Shown here piece after piece: positions 40,032 through 50,875 of a stretch of DNA of 64,000 nucleotides. This DNA is from Candidatus Bathyarchaeota archaeon (lineage in GTDB: Archaea; Thermoproteota; Bathyarchaeia; TCS64), in assembly GCA_963771885.1 (NCBI GenBank), contig CAVYVF010000023.1:896001-960000 (forward strand), written 5' to 3'. The stretch's first letter is position 1. Each line of letters starts with the position of its first letter. Made by a program: the position numbers and the translations under genes. Below the pieces are notes generated by a model. It made no database searches. It was not told the origin of the DNA and saw only the letters and a list, made by a program, of their open reading frames with translations.

Positions 40032-40954
40032 CCCCTGAACCAAGTCTTCTCGATGTCCAGCTTCAAGAACTCGGGAGCAGCCTTCTCGAGCTGTTCGGGG
40101 GTCACCGAAGTGCACGGGGCGCGAACGTCTAGCTCCATGTCTACGCCCCTTAGCCTCCAGATCGCCTTGTACCTGCCCCAGAAGCTCGCCGTACCGAAGT
40201 TCGCGTCGATGATGTTGAACATCTTAACGACCAGCTCGTGGTAGTGAAGCGCCTTCTTCATGTCCTTCGCCTCCCACGCGTTTTTAAGCCCCAGCATTAT
40301 ATGGGGGAATGCCTGGAACTCAGCGATGAGGGCACCCGCGGCGCCTTGAGTGAGGAAGGCTAGGTAGGCGGAGGGGCTGCCAGTGTATATGCCGATCTTG
40401 TCCCGTGTGCGGCAGATGATGTCGTTGTAGCGGAGGCTGAAGAAGTCGTCCTCCTTGTAGCCGACGACGTTGTCGAAGTTCTCCGCGAGGCGTGCCACTA
40501 CGCTAGGGCTTATTGATGCGCCGAACTGGGGATTGTTGTAGAGAATAATGGGCTCGTCCACCTTTGTCGCGATGTGCTCGAAGTGGGCGTAGGTCTCGTG
40601 GTCGTTATGGCGGAGCATCATCGGGTGGCTGAGGAGGACGCCCTCGCAGCCCACGTCCTTAGCGTACTGCGTGAACATCCTGGCCTCCATCGTCGACAGC
40701 GCGCCGGTGCCCGCGATGACGGGGACGCGACCGTTCGCCTGGTCGACGGTGATGTCGATGACCCTCTTCCTCTCCTCGTGAAGCAGGTAGAGGAACTCGC
40801 CCGTCGCACCCACGGGGACGAGCGCGTCGGCGCCGTCCTCGATGATTATGTCGATGATACGACGGTACGCCTCCTCATCGATCCCCTCGCCACCCTTCAC
40901 GAACGGGGTGACAGGCAGACACAGTATGCCATTGAACTTGCCCTTGAACACCAT
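40028..40954 (-). CDS. DapA/NanA class I aldolase family protein
   Basis: VTPF, GATGE, VPVIAGTG, LYNNP, GYKE (Schiff-base Lys). Confidence 0.85.
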   Translation of the reverse strand: MVFKGKFNGILCLPVTPFVKGGEGIDEEAYRRIIDIIIEDGADALVPVGATGEFLYLLHEERKRVIDITVDQANGRVPVIAGTGALSTMEARMFTQYAKDVGCEGVLLSHPMMLRHNDHETYAHFEHIATKVDEPIILYNNPQFGASISPSVVARLAENFDNVVGYKEDDFFSLRYNDIICRTRDKIGIYTGSPSAYLAFLTQGAAGALIAEFQAFPHIMLGLKNAWEAKDMKKALHYHELVVKMFNIIDANFGTASFWGRYKAIWRLRGVDMELDVRAPCTSVTPEQLEKAAPEFLKLDIEKTWFRG

Positions 40955-41020
40955 GAACGATCGAGAAAGGAAGAACCAACGGGGTTTATTTCAGTTGCCT
41001 TCCGGAGATAAGGCGAATAC

Positions 41021-41914
41021 TTACCTACTCGTCGGCTGGTAGGCGCAGACGAGTATCCCGACGAGGGTCACGGCACCGCCGAGTAGAGCGATTGGACTCG
41101 GAGACTCGTTAAGGACGATGAACGCCAGCAATGAGGCTCCGACGGGCTCGCCGAGGAGACTGATGCTAACAACGGGTGCCGATATCCACCTCAACGCCCA
41201 GTTGTACAGGGTATGCCCGAATATCATCGGTACAAGCGCGATGGCGGAGAACATGAGGAATACACCGGGGTCATAGCCGAGGAGCGGGGCACCCACCGCT
41301 AAGCTACCTGCGGCGAGGACCGCGGCGGAGACGGCGTAGACCGGAGTGACGTAGGTCGTCAAGTCGAGTCTCTGCCTCAGTTTCCTCCCCGCAAGGATGT
41401 AGATCCCTAAGGCGATCGCGCCTATCAGCGAAAGGGCGTCGCCGATGAGGTTCTCGGTGCTGGTGCCGAGGTCGCCAAAGGCGATTATCGAAGCGCCAAC
41501 GAAGGCGACTCCAATTCCTAGTGCCACGCGCCTGCTTACCCTCTCTCCGAGGACGAAGTGGCTGACAAGTGCTACGAAAATTGGATCAACGTGAACGAAG
41601 ATGACTGAGCTCGCGACCGACGTGTAGGCTAGGCTCGTTATCCAAGTTGCGAAGTGGACGGCGAGGACGATGCCGACACCCGCAAGCGTGAGAAGCTCAC
41701 GCCCCCTCATTGCACGGAGCTTTGGTACCCCGCCCCGGCTCAGAAAGAAAGGCAGCAGTATCAACGTCGACAGTAAGAGGCGCCATGTCGCGATCGCCAT
41801 CGGTGGTGCATTAGTGAGCCGGATCAAGATAGAAGCCGTTGAGACGGCGACTATGCTCAAAAGCAGTACCAAATTCGGCGGGACACCGGGCTTCTCACCC
41901 AATATAATCCCCAT
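41021..41914 (-). CDS. EamA/DMT family transporter
   Basis: About 10 TM segments; HFATW, LGER, GHTLYNWAL, LGEPV. Confidence 0.88.
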   Translation of the reverse strand: MGIILGEKPGVPPNLVLLLSIVAVSTASILIRLTNAPPMAIATWRLLLSTLILLPFFLSRGGVPKLRAMRGRELLTLAGVGIVLAVHFATWITSLAYTSVASSVIFVHVDPIFVALVSHFVLGERVSRRVALGIGVAFVGASIIAFGDLGTSTENLIGDALSLIGAIALGIYILAGRKLRQRLDLTTYVTPVYAVSAAVLAAGSLAVGAPLLGYDPGVFLMFSAIALVPMIFGHTLYNWALRWISAPVVSISLLGEPVGASLLAFIVLNESPSPIALLGGAVTLVGILVCAYQPTSR

Positions 41915-41961
41915 GATATTGCGCCAAGACCTATAAAAGACGGCGACGAATACCCACAACC

Positions 41962-42477
41962 ATGCCCCGCCCAGTCGTCATTGTCCCCTACGACCCGGAG
42001 TGGCCCAGGATATTCGAGGACGAGAAGAGGCGCGTACAGGCAGCGATCGGCGGCATAATCCGCTCCCTCGAGCACTGCGGGAGCACGAGCGTCCCCGGGC
42101 TCTGGGCGAAGCCGATTATCGACATGATAGCCGGTGTGAATAGGGCAGACGACGCGGATGTGTGTAAGGAGTCGCTCCATAGTATCGGCTACGATGACGT
42201 GTCTCCCGGGGATAACCCCGACTGGTACTACTGCCTCGGCAAGGGACCGCACAGCCCCGGCTTCCACCTTCACCTCGTCAGGGAGGGTAGTCCACACCAC
42301 ACGAAGCACATACTCTTCCGAGACTGGCTTCGCACCCATCCAGCCGACGTGGATGCCTATAAGGAGCTGAAGATCATGTTATCCGAAAAATACAGAGAGG
42401 ATAGGGTTACCTACACCGGGAGCAAGACAGCCTTCATCAACGAAATCGTAGAGAAGGCGAAGAAATCTAGGATTTAA
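41962..42477 (+). CDS. GrpB/UPF0157 family protein
   Basis: PYDPEWP, EHCGSTSVPGL.AKPIID, FRDWLR, Y..LK. Confidence 0.9.
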   Translation: MPRPVVIVPYDPEWPRIFEDEKRRVQAAIGGIIRSLEHCGSTSVPGLWAKPIIDMIAGVNRADDADVCKESLHSIGYDDVSPGDNPDWYYCLGKGPHSPGFHLHLVREGSPHHTKHILFRDWLRTHPADVDAYKELKIMLSEKYREDRVTYTGSKTAFINEIVEKAKKSRI

Positions 42478-44128
42478 CTATCCTTCGGAGTAAGTCTACA
42501 TTCATCTCTAAAGCGGCGACCGGCATCTCGAGCCCCCAAGCCTCGAGCGACTCGGGGCGCACCTCACCGGCCCAGCAGAGCGGTTCACCGTTAACTTTGG
42601 CAACAAGCCGCCTGCCGTCTATGAAGCAGTCCCAGCCACCCGCCTCCACCTCCGTCTTGACCTCAAGGTTCTCGAGGATTGCGTTCATCGTCGCCTTTAT
42701 GTCGCTGAAGCTCGCCTTCGCGTGACACTGAACAACAGCTAGGCGACGCTCGCTCCGCGCGCCGATGTCCGTACCCTCGTCGAGGAGCACAACATCGTCA
42801 ACCTCGTAGAGGCTCTGCGGGTACGGGTGATGCTTGTTGACACTGAGCACCTCCATGAGGCTGGGAAGCAGCCTGTTGCGGAGGACGTTATATCCCTCCA
42901 TCTTGGGGTTCTCCACCTCAGCCACAGCCTCCTCGGGAATGCTCATCTTGGCGAAGAGCTTCTCCTTGTTGCTGAGCATGAAGGTGACGACCTCCATGTG
43001 GCCGAAGCCGACGAGGAAGTTGCGCATGTACCTGCTGAATATCTCCAGCTCGTCCTCTCCCGCCTTGGTGTGGATTGGGGGTATGTTTGGAACAATTTTA
43101 TCGTAGCCGTAGGCTATGGCGACGTCCTCGACTAGGTCGATCGGGTGCATGATGTCGGTGCGGTAGCAGGGAACCTGGACGTCTATGTCGTCGCCGAAGA
43201 CCTCGGCTCCATGCCCCATCTTCCCGAGGAGGAGCTCCGTCTCCGTGTGTCCTAGGGTGAGCCCCAGCGTCTTGTTGACGTATGTGTTGCTCAGCTTCCA
43301 CATCTTCGGCGAGAGGTCGGGGGTCTTGACAGTTTTATCGGGGTACCTCACCTCGACGGAGTAGATCTCCGCGCCCCTGTCAGCGAAGGTCGTGCAGATG
43401 ATGTTGAGTGTCTCCGTGATCGCTTTGAGGTCCGTGCCCGTGATGTCTATGAAGATGTCCCTGGTGGCCTCGTCGATGCGTGTGTACTCACCGTTGATGA
43501 TGGGCGGCATCGAGAGCACCATGTCCTTCGCGTCGAGGATCATCGGGTACTCGTTCGCGCCTTCGAGTATCCACGCGTACTCTACGCCGGTCTTCATCTC
43601 AGTGAGCATCCAGTGGAGGTCCTTGTCGAACCTCTCCCCCAATGGGCGGAACTTGAACTCGGGGGGCTTCGTTGTGTAGGTGACCGGGAACTGGACTGGC
43701 TTGAGGTTGTGCAATCCTATGGCTACCTTGCGTCTCTTCCTCCCATGAGTTATGTGTAGCTTCTCCTGCAGCTGGATTATGCTGCGGATGAGTGAGTCGC
43801 TGAAGTCCACACCCTTGGCGACGGCGCAGACGAAGAAAGGACGTACCACCTGCGTCTTCTCGTCGACGACGGCGACGTAGTCTGAAGCCTTGACCCTATA
43901 GCGGCGTGGCCCAGGGTTCTCACCCGTGAAACTCGCGTAGGCACGCGCCAGCCCCTCTGTACTCATCAGGTCAGGTCGGTTGGGGAAGACCTCTAAGGCG
44001 AAGCCCTCCTCATGTGGCCCCTCCCAACTCGTCCCCATCATGGGAAGCTTCTCCTGAAGCTCCTCGATAGTGACCTTCCTTCCGAGTATCTCTTGGAGGT
44101 CAGCTAGGTTGACATTTATCACCGGCAT
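42467..44128 (-). CDS. pheT: Phenylalanine-tRNA ligase beta subunit
   Basis: PNRPDL, QEKLH, SMPPIIN, RTDIMHPIDLVEDVAIAYGY. Confidence 0.96.
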   Translation of the reverse strand: MPVINVNLADLQEILGRKVTIEELQEKLPMMGTSWEGPHEEGFALEVFPNRPDLMSTEGLARAYASFTGENPGPRRYRVKASDYVAVVDEKTQVVRPFFVCAVAKGVDFSDSLIRSIIQLQEKLHITHGRKRRKVAIGLHNLKPVQFPVTYTTKPPEFKFRPLGERFDKDLHWMLTEMKTGVEYAWILEGANEYPMILDAKDMVLSMPPIINGEYTRIDEATRDIFIDITGTDLKAITETLNIICTTFADRGAEIYSVEVRYPDKTVKTPDLSPKMWKLSNTYVNKTLGLTLGHTETELLLGKMGHGAEVFGDDIDVQVPCYRTDIMHPIDLVEDVAIAYGYDKIVPNIPPIHTKAGEDELEIFSRYMRNFLVGFGHMEVVTFMLSNKEKLFAKMSIPEEAVAEVENPKMEGYNVLRNRLLPSLMEVLSVNKHHPYPQSLYEVDDVVLLDEGTDIGARSERRLAVVQCHAKASFSDIKATMNAILENLEVKTEVEAGGWDCFIDGRRLVAKVNGEPLCWAGEVRPESLEAWGLEMPVAALEMNVDLLRRIVKS

Positions 44129-44134
44129 TCATAC

Positions 44135-45673
44135 TCACCTCGTCCAGAGCTTCGCCTTGCGGAGAAGCCCTATGTCGTTGCCGTATAGCTCCTTGATCGT
44201 GTTAACGTGGTAGCTCTGCATGACAAGCCTGTCGAATCCAGGACCCCACGCGAGCACCGGCACGTCGACTCCGATGAGGGGCTTTACCACCTCTGGACGG
44301 AACATACCGGCACCGAATAGCTCCATCCAGCCGCCGCGCTCCTCGATCCAAACCTCGGCCTCCATGCTCATCTCCGTGTAAGGGAAGTAGCCGGGGCGGA
44401 ACCTGAACTTCTTCAAGCCGAGACCCTCGAGGTAGGCCTTGAGGTATCCCTGCATGTCGCGGAAGGTCACGTCATCACCGACTACTATTCCATCGGTCTG
44501 GTAGAACTCGGCGAGGTGGTTCCAGTCGATAGCCTCGTTGCGGAAGACGCGGCCGACGCTGAAGAACTTGCCAGGCAGGTCCTCGGGCTTGAGCTGCGCG
44601 AGCTGTAGTACGCTGAGGCTTGTGGTGTGCGTGCGTAGGCAGCAGCGGCTTGCGAACTCCGGGCTCCACTTGTACTGCCAGCCCGTAGAGCCCGTCGTCC
44701 AGCCAGTCTCATGCGTCGCCTTCACCTGCTCAACAAGCCTCTCCTCGGGGAGTTTGCCCTTGTATGGTGTCTTCATGTAGAAGGTGTCAGCGAGGTCCCT
44801 AGCGGGGTGGTCCTGCGGCTGATAAAGGGCGTCGAAGTTCCAAAAGCTGAGCTCGAGGTAGTGGCCCTTCATCTCCTTGAAGCCTAACTCGACCCAGAAC
44901 CTGCGTATATAGTCGATGATCTGGCTGATGAAGTGGCGTTTGCCAGGCGTAAGTGTTGGTACTGGGAGGGATACATCGTAGTGCTGTATCACGGCGTCGC
45001 GCCATTGCCTCGACTGGAGCACCTCTGGCGTGATCTGCGTGATGACGGGTTTCAATGCGATCGCCTCCACAAAAGGCAGCACCTCGACACCGAAGGGGGT
45101 GAGCTCGACGAACCTCTCAGTCTCCTCCTTGACCTCGACGAGCCCGCGCTTCACGAGCGCAGGGATACGGTCGGCGAGCTCCTTGCCGAGTTTTCCCTCG
45201 GGGACGACTCCCTGTGCTAGACGTTTGAGTATCTTCTCATCTACTGTCTCGGATTTGGCAGCTTTGGCGCCCTCAGGGGTCGCCTCGACTTTCCCGCCTC
45301 TTATGGTCGCCCAGCCGTTGCTGCGGACCCAGACGAGCGCGATATTGATGGCAGGGATATCTCCCTTGAGGTGGCTGAGCTCGTTGTCGCCGCCCGCAGC
45401 TGCTTCGATGAGCTGCTTCTCCGGCAGACCTTCTTCGGCGTACTTTTGCCCCTCTTTAGTGAGCTTGAAGAACCGTGAGACCTCTTCCCTGAAGCTGACA
45501 ACGCCCTTGGTCTCCGCCCATGCTGATGCCTTTTCAACGGCGTCCCTGCCAAGACCTATGGTCTGGCTGAGTGTGGCTGTGGAGAACGCGCCGCCGCCAC
45601 GGAGGGCGACGAGCAGCCTCCTCTCGTTTTCGTTAAGCCTGGATGCAACTTCCTCGGGGTTCAAAGGTCTCAC
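44135..45673 (-). CDS. pheS: Phenylalanine-tRNA ligase alpha subunit (archaeal long form)
   Basis: WNFDAL.QPQDHPAR, LRTHTT, FRNE, YFPYTE, GMFRPE. Confidence 0.96.
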   Translation of the reverse strand: MRPLNPEEVASRLNENERRLLVALRGGGAFSTATLSQTIGLGRDAVEKASAWAETKGVVSFREEVSRFFKLTKEGQKYAEEGLPEKQLIEAAAGGDNELSHLKGDIPAINIALVWVRSNGWATIRGGKVEATPEGAKAAKSETVDEKILKRLAQGVVPEGKLGKELADRIPALVKRGLVEVKEETERFVELTPFGVEVLPFVEAIALKPVITQITPEVLQSRQWRDAVIQHYDVSLPVPTLTPGKRHFISQIIDYIRRFWVELGFKEMKGHYLELSFWNFDALYQPQDHPARDLADTFYMKTPYKGKLPEERLVEQVKATHETGWTTGSTGWQYKWSPEFASRCCLRTHTTSLSVLQLAQLKPEDLPGKFFSVGRVFRNEAIDWNHLAEFYQTDGIVVGDDVTFRDMQGYLKAYLEGLGLKKFRFRPGYFPYTEMSMEAEVWIEERGGWMELFGAGMFRPEVVKPLIGVDVPVLAWGPGFDRLVMQSYHVNTIKELYGNDIGLLRKAKLWTR

Positions 45674-45736
45674 TAGCCCACCATAACGGCTAGGTTGGGT
45701 GTTTAAAAATACACGGGACAGGGTCACTTGGCTATG

Positions 45737-47081
45737 TCACGCGTACTCAGTTATTTTCCTCTGTGTAAGCGTCTGTTTGAGTAGTGGTCCTGCCTCTATC
45801 CACTTCTCGAGAGGGATCGTGAGTCTGCTCATGACGTGTTTAAGAGCCGTGTCCATGTTGGTGAAGAGTCGGGGTGTCTGCTTCATCGCGTTCCTGCAGT
45901 TTTCCCTGACCTGCCAGACCCCGACGGGAAGTATGTAGTCGGGGTAAGCCTCGCGGAAAATGAAAACCTTCGCCTGTCGGCGGACCTTTGTAAGATGCTC
46001 CATAACTGCTAAGCGTCCCGAGTAGTAACAACCCCCCATCGAGGCGTATGTAGTACGCCCATTGTAGCCCTCCCAGTCGGTGACGATGTTGACGTTCGTC
46101 TCCGAGGGGTTCCAGAGGGTCCTGGGATACCACGCCTCATAAGCTTCATAGCTCCAAGCATCCGGGACGAGCAGTATCTCAAAGCGGTTTCCCAGGTATT
46201 CAGACTCATAGACCTCGTGCATGCTAATGAGAGGATAGTCCTTCGTTTGCTTCGCCATGTCCTTGCTGAGCAGGTCATCAATTGCCGTGATGCTCCACCT
46301 GGTGGGAACGAGGCGCCGGTTCTTCTCGATTCCGAAGCTACCGGTGCTAAAGGCCTTAACTATGCTGCTGACCGGCACACCGTCTTTGTATAGGGTCTTC
46401 GCCGCCTGCCCCGCCTTAAGGTCTGTGTCGTAGTGGGCTTTCTCCATCCAGTGGTTCCACTTAATGAAGCCGATGGAGACGCGTTCGAGAGGCGCTGTGG
46501 GGCCGATAGGCTGGAGGTCGTTGTCCATGTAGAGGCGCTTAACCGGCGCCTTCTGGAGCTTCATTTCGGTCTCGACGTAGTGCTCCGAGAGGCTGATTCT
46601 CGCGTGTCGCGTCGAGTATCCTGCCCGCCTTCTCTGGCTTGTTGACGTTGATGGGGGTCATGCCCCTGACGAGTTGGCTACGGAATCCTATGATCTCGTC
46701 CATGCTCCTGCCGAACCACTTCTCGGTGTCGTCGAGGAGGGCTGTATCGCCGTAGAAACCCGGCGCCATCGGACCGACCTGCACGTAAGGGTAGCCGAAT
46801 CGCCCGACGAAGACGCTTGGGGGTGAACTGCCCTCAATGTTTGTGCCGTGAACGCTCCTGAACATACGGGTGTGGGCTGCTACCTGCTCGATGATGGGGC
46901 ATCGGGTCTTTCCACAGAGCATCTTGCTGCCCTTGCAGACGGTGCAGAGGTTGTCGCGCGCCTGCAGTTTGAGCTGGTCACTCGTGTAGTCGAGGGAGGC
47001 GCCTATTTCGGGGTCCTGCCCCACAATCTCTCGGACCCATGTGTTGCTGGGCTTGAAGCTCTTGGCGATCCTCTTCCCCAA
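45737..47081 (-). CDS. nreA: Nre-family DNA repair protein, +1 frameshift near 46598
   Basis: C..CKG..MLCGKTRCP, GSSPPSVFVGR.GYP, RRLVPTRWSITA.DD, GGCYY, PVGVWQVRE; C-terminal PIP-like QRKITEY. Confidence 0.9.
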
Positions 47082-47167
47082 TCTAGTTCTCCTTCTACCT
47101 TCGGCGGTTAAAGGGGTATCGAGGCGCAGGTGTTATGGGGAGGTGGGCGGAGGTGAAAGTGGTTACC

Positions 47168-47915
47168 ATGGTAAAGTTTGAGAACGTCGAGTTCACAAGT
47201 GGAGGCAACACTCTCCTCGGAAGGATATACAAGCCCGAGGGGAGAGTTGAGGAAGCCCGCGGTGGCGATCTGCCACGGCTTCCCCGGCGACACGAAGAAC
47301 ATGGACCTCGCCGAGGAACTCGCATTGAACGGGTTCGTCGCATTCGTCTTCTATTACCAGGGCGCCTGGGGCAGCGGAGGTAGCTACAGCCTCACTAAAC
47401 TGGAGGTTGGAGCGAAGGACGCCGTTGTCTGGCTTAGGAAGCAGGTATTCGTCGACCCAAATAGGGTCGGTTTAGTAAGCCACAGTATGGGTGCTCTCCC
47501 CCTAACGAAGGTGATGGCGGGTGACCACACGGTTAAGACGGGGGTGCTCATGAGCCCCGCTACTGATTATAAGGAGATCATAGCGACGCGCGGTGTCGAG
47601 GGCTTCGCTGACGCCTTGATGGGCAACTGCGCTGGTAAGCTCGCCGGAGTCTCCAAGGAGAAGATGATGAAGGACATCTCAAAAGTCGCGGAGGCGACCA
47701 ACCCCATTGATCTCGTCAAGAAGATCAGTGCGCCGACTATGGTTATCGTTGGCTCCAAGGATAGTATTACGCCTCCGGCGTCCTGCAGGAGGCTCTACGA
47801 GGCTGCGAATGAGCCGAAGAAGTGGCTTGAGATCGAGGGTGCCGACCACGGCTTCTCCGAGCACAGGATACCGCTTATCTGCGCCGTGATTGACAGGCTT
47901 AAGGAGACGCTGTGA
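47168..47915 (+). CDS. Alpha/beta hydrolase, +1 frameshift in a G-run near 47240
   Basis: CHGFPG, SHSMG nucleophile elbow, GSKD, ADH. Confidence 0.8.
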
Positions 47916-47977
47916 CTGGCAAGTGGCAGTCGAGCGGTTACTTTAAGTCGGTTGACTGCAAGTATGGCTCTGGTTCT

Positions 47978-48727
47978 ATGCATATAGTCGTCGAGAACAT
48001 ATCTTTCACTAGTGAGGGCGTCCCGCTCCTCGGTAGACTCTACCGCCCGGCGCCTGAGGGGAGGTATCCCAGTGTCGCCATCTGCCACGGCTACCCGGGG
48101 GACACGAAGAACACCGACCTCGCCGAGGAGCTCGCCCTAAACGGCATAGTCACACTAGTTTTCTATTACCAAGGCGCGTGGGGGAGCAAGGGGACATACA
48201 GGTTCACGAAGCTCGAGCCGAGCACGAGGGACGCGGTCGCCTATCTTAGGAGCCAGCCGTGCGTCGACCCGGAGAGAGTGGGGCTCGTCAGCCACAGCAT
48301 GGGAGCACTGCCCCTTGTGAAGAGGCTGAGCCTCGACCCGACGATCAAGTCCGCGGTGCTCATGTCGCCGGTGAGCGACATCGGTCTCTGGACGACAGGG
48401 GACGCTATTGAGACTGTTATCCCCCACTTCATAGAGTCGGCGAAGGGGAAGTTAGAGGGACTGACGGCTAAGCAGCTCCGAGTTGATCTGCGTGAGTTAA
48501 CGGAGGCGGGGAACCCAATTGATCTTATGGGGGCGGTGAAGGCGCCAATACTGCTAGTCGTTGGGTCGGAGGACGACGTTACGCCGCCGGATCTATGCAA
48601 GCTCCTCTACGAGAAGGCGCGAGAACCGAAGAGGTGGGATCTAATCGATAAGGCGGACCACAGTTTCTCCGAGCACCGGATACCACTGATGCGCGCCGTC
48701 CTCGACTGGCTCAAGACTACTCTCTAA
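47978..48727 (+). CDS. Alpha/beta hydrolase (tandem paralog)
   Basis: CHGYPG, SHSMG, GSEDD, ADH. Confidence 0.85.
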   Translation: MHIVVENISFTSEGVPLLGRLYRPAPEGRYPSVAICHGYPGDTKNTDLAEELALNGIVTLVFYYQGAWGSKGTYRFTKLEPSTRDAVAYLRSQPCVDPERVGLVSHSMGALPLVKRLSLDPTIKSAVLMSPVSDIGLWTTGDAIETVIPHFIESAKGKLEGLTAKQLRVDLRELTEAGNPIDLMGAVKAPILLVVGSEDDVTPPDLCKLLYEKAREPKRWDLIDKADHSFSEHRIPLMRAVLDWLKTTL

Positions 48728-48763
48728 GCGAACCTTTTAAGCGCCCTGTGGTGAGTCTCTGGG

Positions 48764-49435
48764 ATGCCCATACACTCCGGGAACCTTCGCAGCTTCGCCG
48801 CTAAGCTACCCTCACTCTACTTCGGGCTATTCCTATTCGCCGCCGGATCGGTGTCGAACCTGTACTCGGGGCTCGGGATGAATCCGTGGGGCGTCTTCCA
48901 TGTGGGACTCATGGCTCCCCTAGGGCTGACGCTCGGGCAAGTGGCTCAGGTAGTTGGCTTAATCGTGCTGCTCGGCGGGTGGGCGCTCGGCTTCGCCCCG
49001 GGCTTCGGCACCGTGATGAACATGATCTTCATCGGCTGGTTCACAGACAGGATCATGGAGTGGAACATCGTCCCCAGACCCACCGATGTTGTGGGGCAGT
49101 ACGCGCTACTAATCACAAGCATACTATGCGTCGGAACGGGTAGCCTCTTCTATATGCGTGTGCAGCTCGGGGCAGGCCCCCGCGACGGACTCATGGTGGG
49201 GCTCGTAAGGAAGCTGAACAAACCGATCAGCATCGTAAGGGGGAGCATCGAAGTCACGGTTCTCGTCCTCGGGTACCTGATGGGCGGACCCGTCGGTGTA
49301 GGAACCATAGTCACCGCCCTCGCCATCGGATACTCAGTGCAGTATGCATTCAGGCTCGGCAAGTTCGAGGGCAAGTCCCCCCAGATGAACCTCTGGGAGC
49401 TCTACGGCCATCTAACCAAAAGCGACTCATCGTAA
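48764..49435 (+). CDS. YczE/YyaS family membrane protein
   Basis: LGMNPW.VFH.GL, G.GT..N, LGAGPRDGLM, GGPVGVGT. Confidence 0.85.
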   Translation: MPIHSGNLRSFAAKLPSLYFGLFLFAAGSVSNLYSGLGMNPWGVFHVGLMAPLGLTLGQVAQVVGLIVLLGGWALGFAPGFGTVMNMIFIGWFTDRIMEWNIVPRPTDVVGQYALLITSILCVGTGSLFYMRVQLGAGPRDGLMVGLVRKLNKPISIVRGSIEVTVLVLGYLMGGPVGVGTIVTALAIGYSVQYAFRLGKFEGKSPQMNLWELYGHLTKSDSS

Positions 49436-49486
49436 GTCACCGATCATTTCATAACAAGTTCTCCACGTATTGACACCCGGTGTAAA

Positions 49487-49816
49487 ATGATCTACGAGTG
49501 GCGCGAATACTACGTCTACCCGGGCAGAATGGAGGCGCTCAACGAGCGCTTCTCCAAGATCACCCTAAAGTACTTCGAAAAGCACGGCATCAAGGTCGTC
49601 GGCTTCTGGACAGCGGTCGTCGGAACGACGAACGTCCTTTACTACATGCTCGCATATGATGACCTCGCACACAGGGAGAGGGTGTGGAACGCCTTCAGCA
49701 CCGACCCCGGTTGGGTCAAGGCGAGGACCGAGACGGAGCAGAGAGCAGGCGGCCCTCTGACTGAGAAAATCGTGAATATGATCCTCAAGCCGACCGACTA
49801 CTCCCCGATGAAGTAG
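49487..49816 (+). CDS. NIPSNAP family protein
   Basis: MIYE.R.Y...PG, GFW, L.PTDYSP. Confidence 0.88.
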   Translation: MIYEWREYYVYPGRMEALNERFSKITLKYFEKHGIKVVGFWTAVVGTTNVLYYMLAYDDLAHRERVWNAFSTDPGWVKARTETEQRAGGPLTEKIVNMILKPTDYSPMK

Positions 49817-50740
49817 CTAGGCAAATCTTGACGCGACTTCCTCGGCGAATATCCTCGCCTGCTTCTCGAAGTCGTCGCCCATGAAGCGGATTATGAAGAA
49901 GTCGACGCCCACAGCGATGTATCGTTTTATCTGCAGGGTAACCTGCTCGGGCGTCCCGGCGAGTGGCGGCGGTTTCGGTTGCTTCGCAGTGTACTTGGCG
50001 ATCTTTGCTTCGGCTTCCCCAGCGTCCTCGCCTATTAGGCAGTAAGCTGCCCAGGATCTCCTGATCTCTTTTGGGTTCTTCCCGACCTTGGAGCAGTGGG
50101 CGTCGAGGGCATCGTTCTTCACCTTGAACTCCTCAGGTGTTCCCGTCCAGGCTGAGAAGTTGCTAATGTCTGCGTGGCGCGCCACAGTGCGTAGGGTGAG
50201 CTGTTCTCCTCCACCGGCGATCATTAGTGGGGGGTGTTTCTGGGCAGACTTCGGAGCATTCCACGCCTTCTCTATCCGATAATATTTACCCTCGAAGCTC
50301 GGCGCCTCCTCACTCCACATCCTCCTTATTATCTCAGCAGCCTCGTCGAGACGCCTCACACGGGTTGAGTTGCCCTCGAAGGGGTACCCGTAGGCCTTGA
50401 ACTCGCCTTCATGCCAGCCGGTGCCGAGCCCGAGGATGAGCCTGCCCCCGCTAATAGAGTCGAGGGTCGCCGCCATCTTCGCGAGCAGGGGCGGGTGGCG
50501 GAAGGGGTTGCAAAGGACGAGCTGCCCGAGCTTGATTCTGCCCGTGTTCGCCAGCAACGCAGTTGACGTCGTCCAGCACTCATAGCGAGGATCCCCGGGG
50601 TTCTCATACATCCCGATGACGTGGTCCGCAACCCAGATGCTGTGGTAGCCGAGCCCTTCGCAGTACAGGGCGTCGTTAAGAATCGAGGCGTAACTAGGGC
50701 GCTCTAGGCCGAGGAAGACGCCGAAGTCTAAGGAACCCAT
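49817..50740 (-). CDS. LLM-class (luciferase-like, probably F420-dependent) oxidoreductase
   Basis: WVADH, FRHPPLLAKMAATLD.ISGGRL.LGLG.GW, GGGE..TLR. Confidence 0.88.
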   Translation of the reverse strand: MGSLDFGVFLGLERPSYASILNDALYCEGLGYHSIWVADHVIGMYENPGDPRYECWTTSTALLANTGRIKLGQLVLCNPFRHPPLLAKMAATLDSISGGRLILGLGTGWHEGEFKAYGYPFEGNSTRVRRLDEAAEIIRRMWSEEAPSFEGKYYRIEKAWNAPKSAQKHPPLMIAGGGEQLTLRTVARHADISNFSAWTGTPEEFKVKNDALDAHCSKVGKNPKEIRRSWAAYCLIGEDAGEAEAKIAKYTAKQPKPPPLAGTPEQVTLQIKRYIAVGVDFFIIRFMGDDFEKQARIFAEEVASRFA

Positions 50741-50875
50741 GCGAGATAGTCGCGCCTATACGTTAAGACCTTATCCAGCGCCGACGGGATTATCCAGAGT
50801 TACTTTCCCGAAGTTTTATCGCGTCGTGCTACAATTGGATTAATGTTTTATCCGTCAGGAATAGTCTGTAACCAT

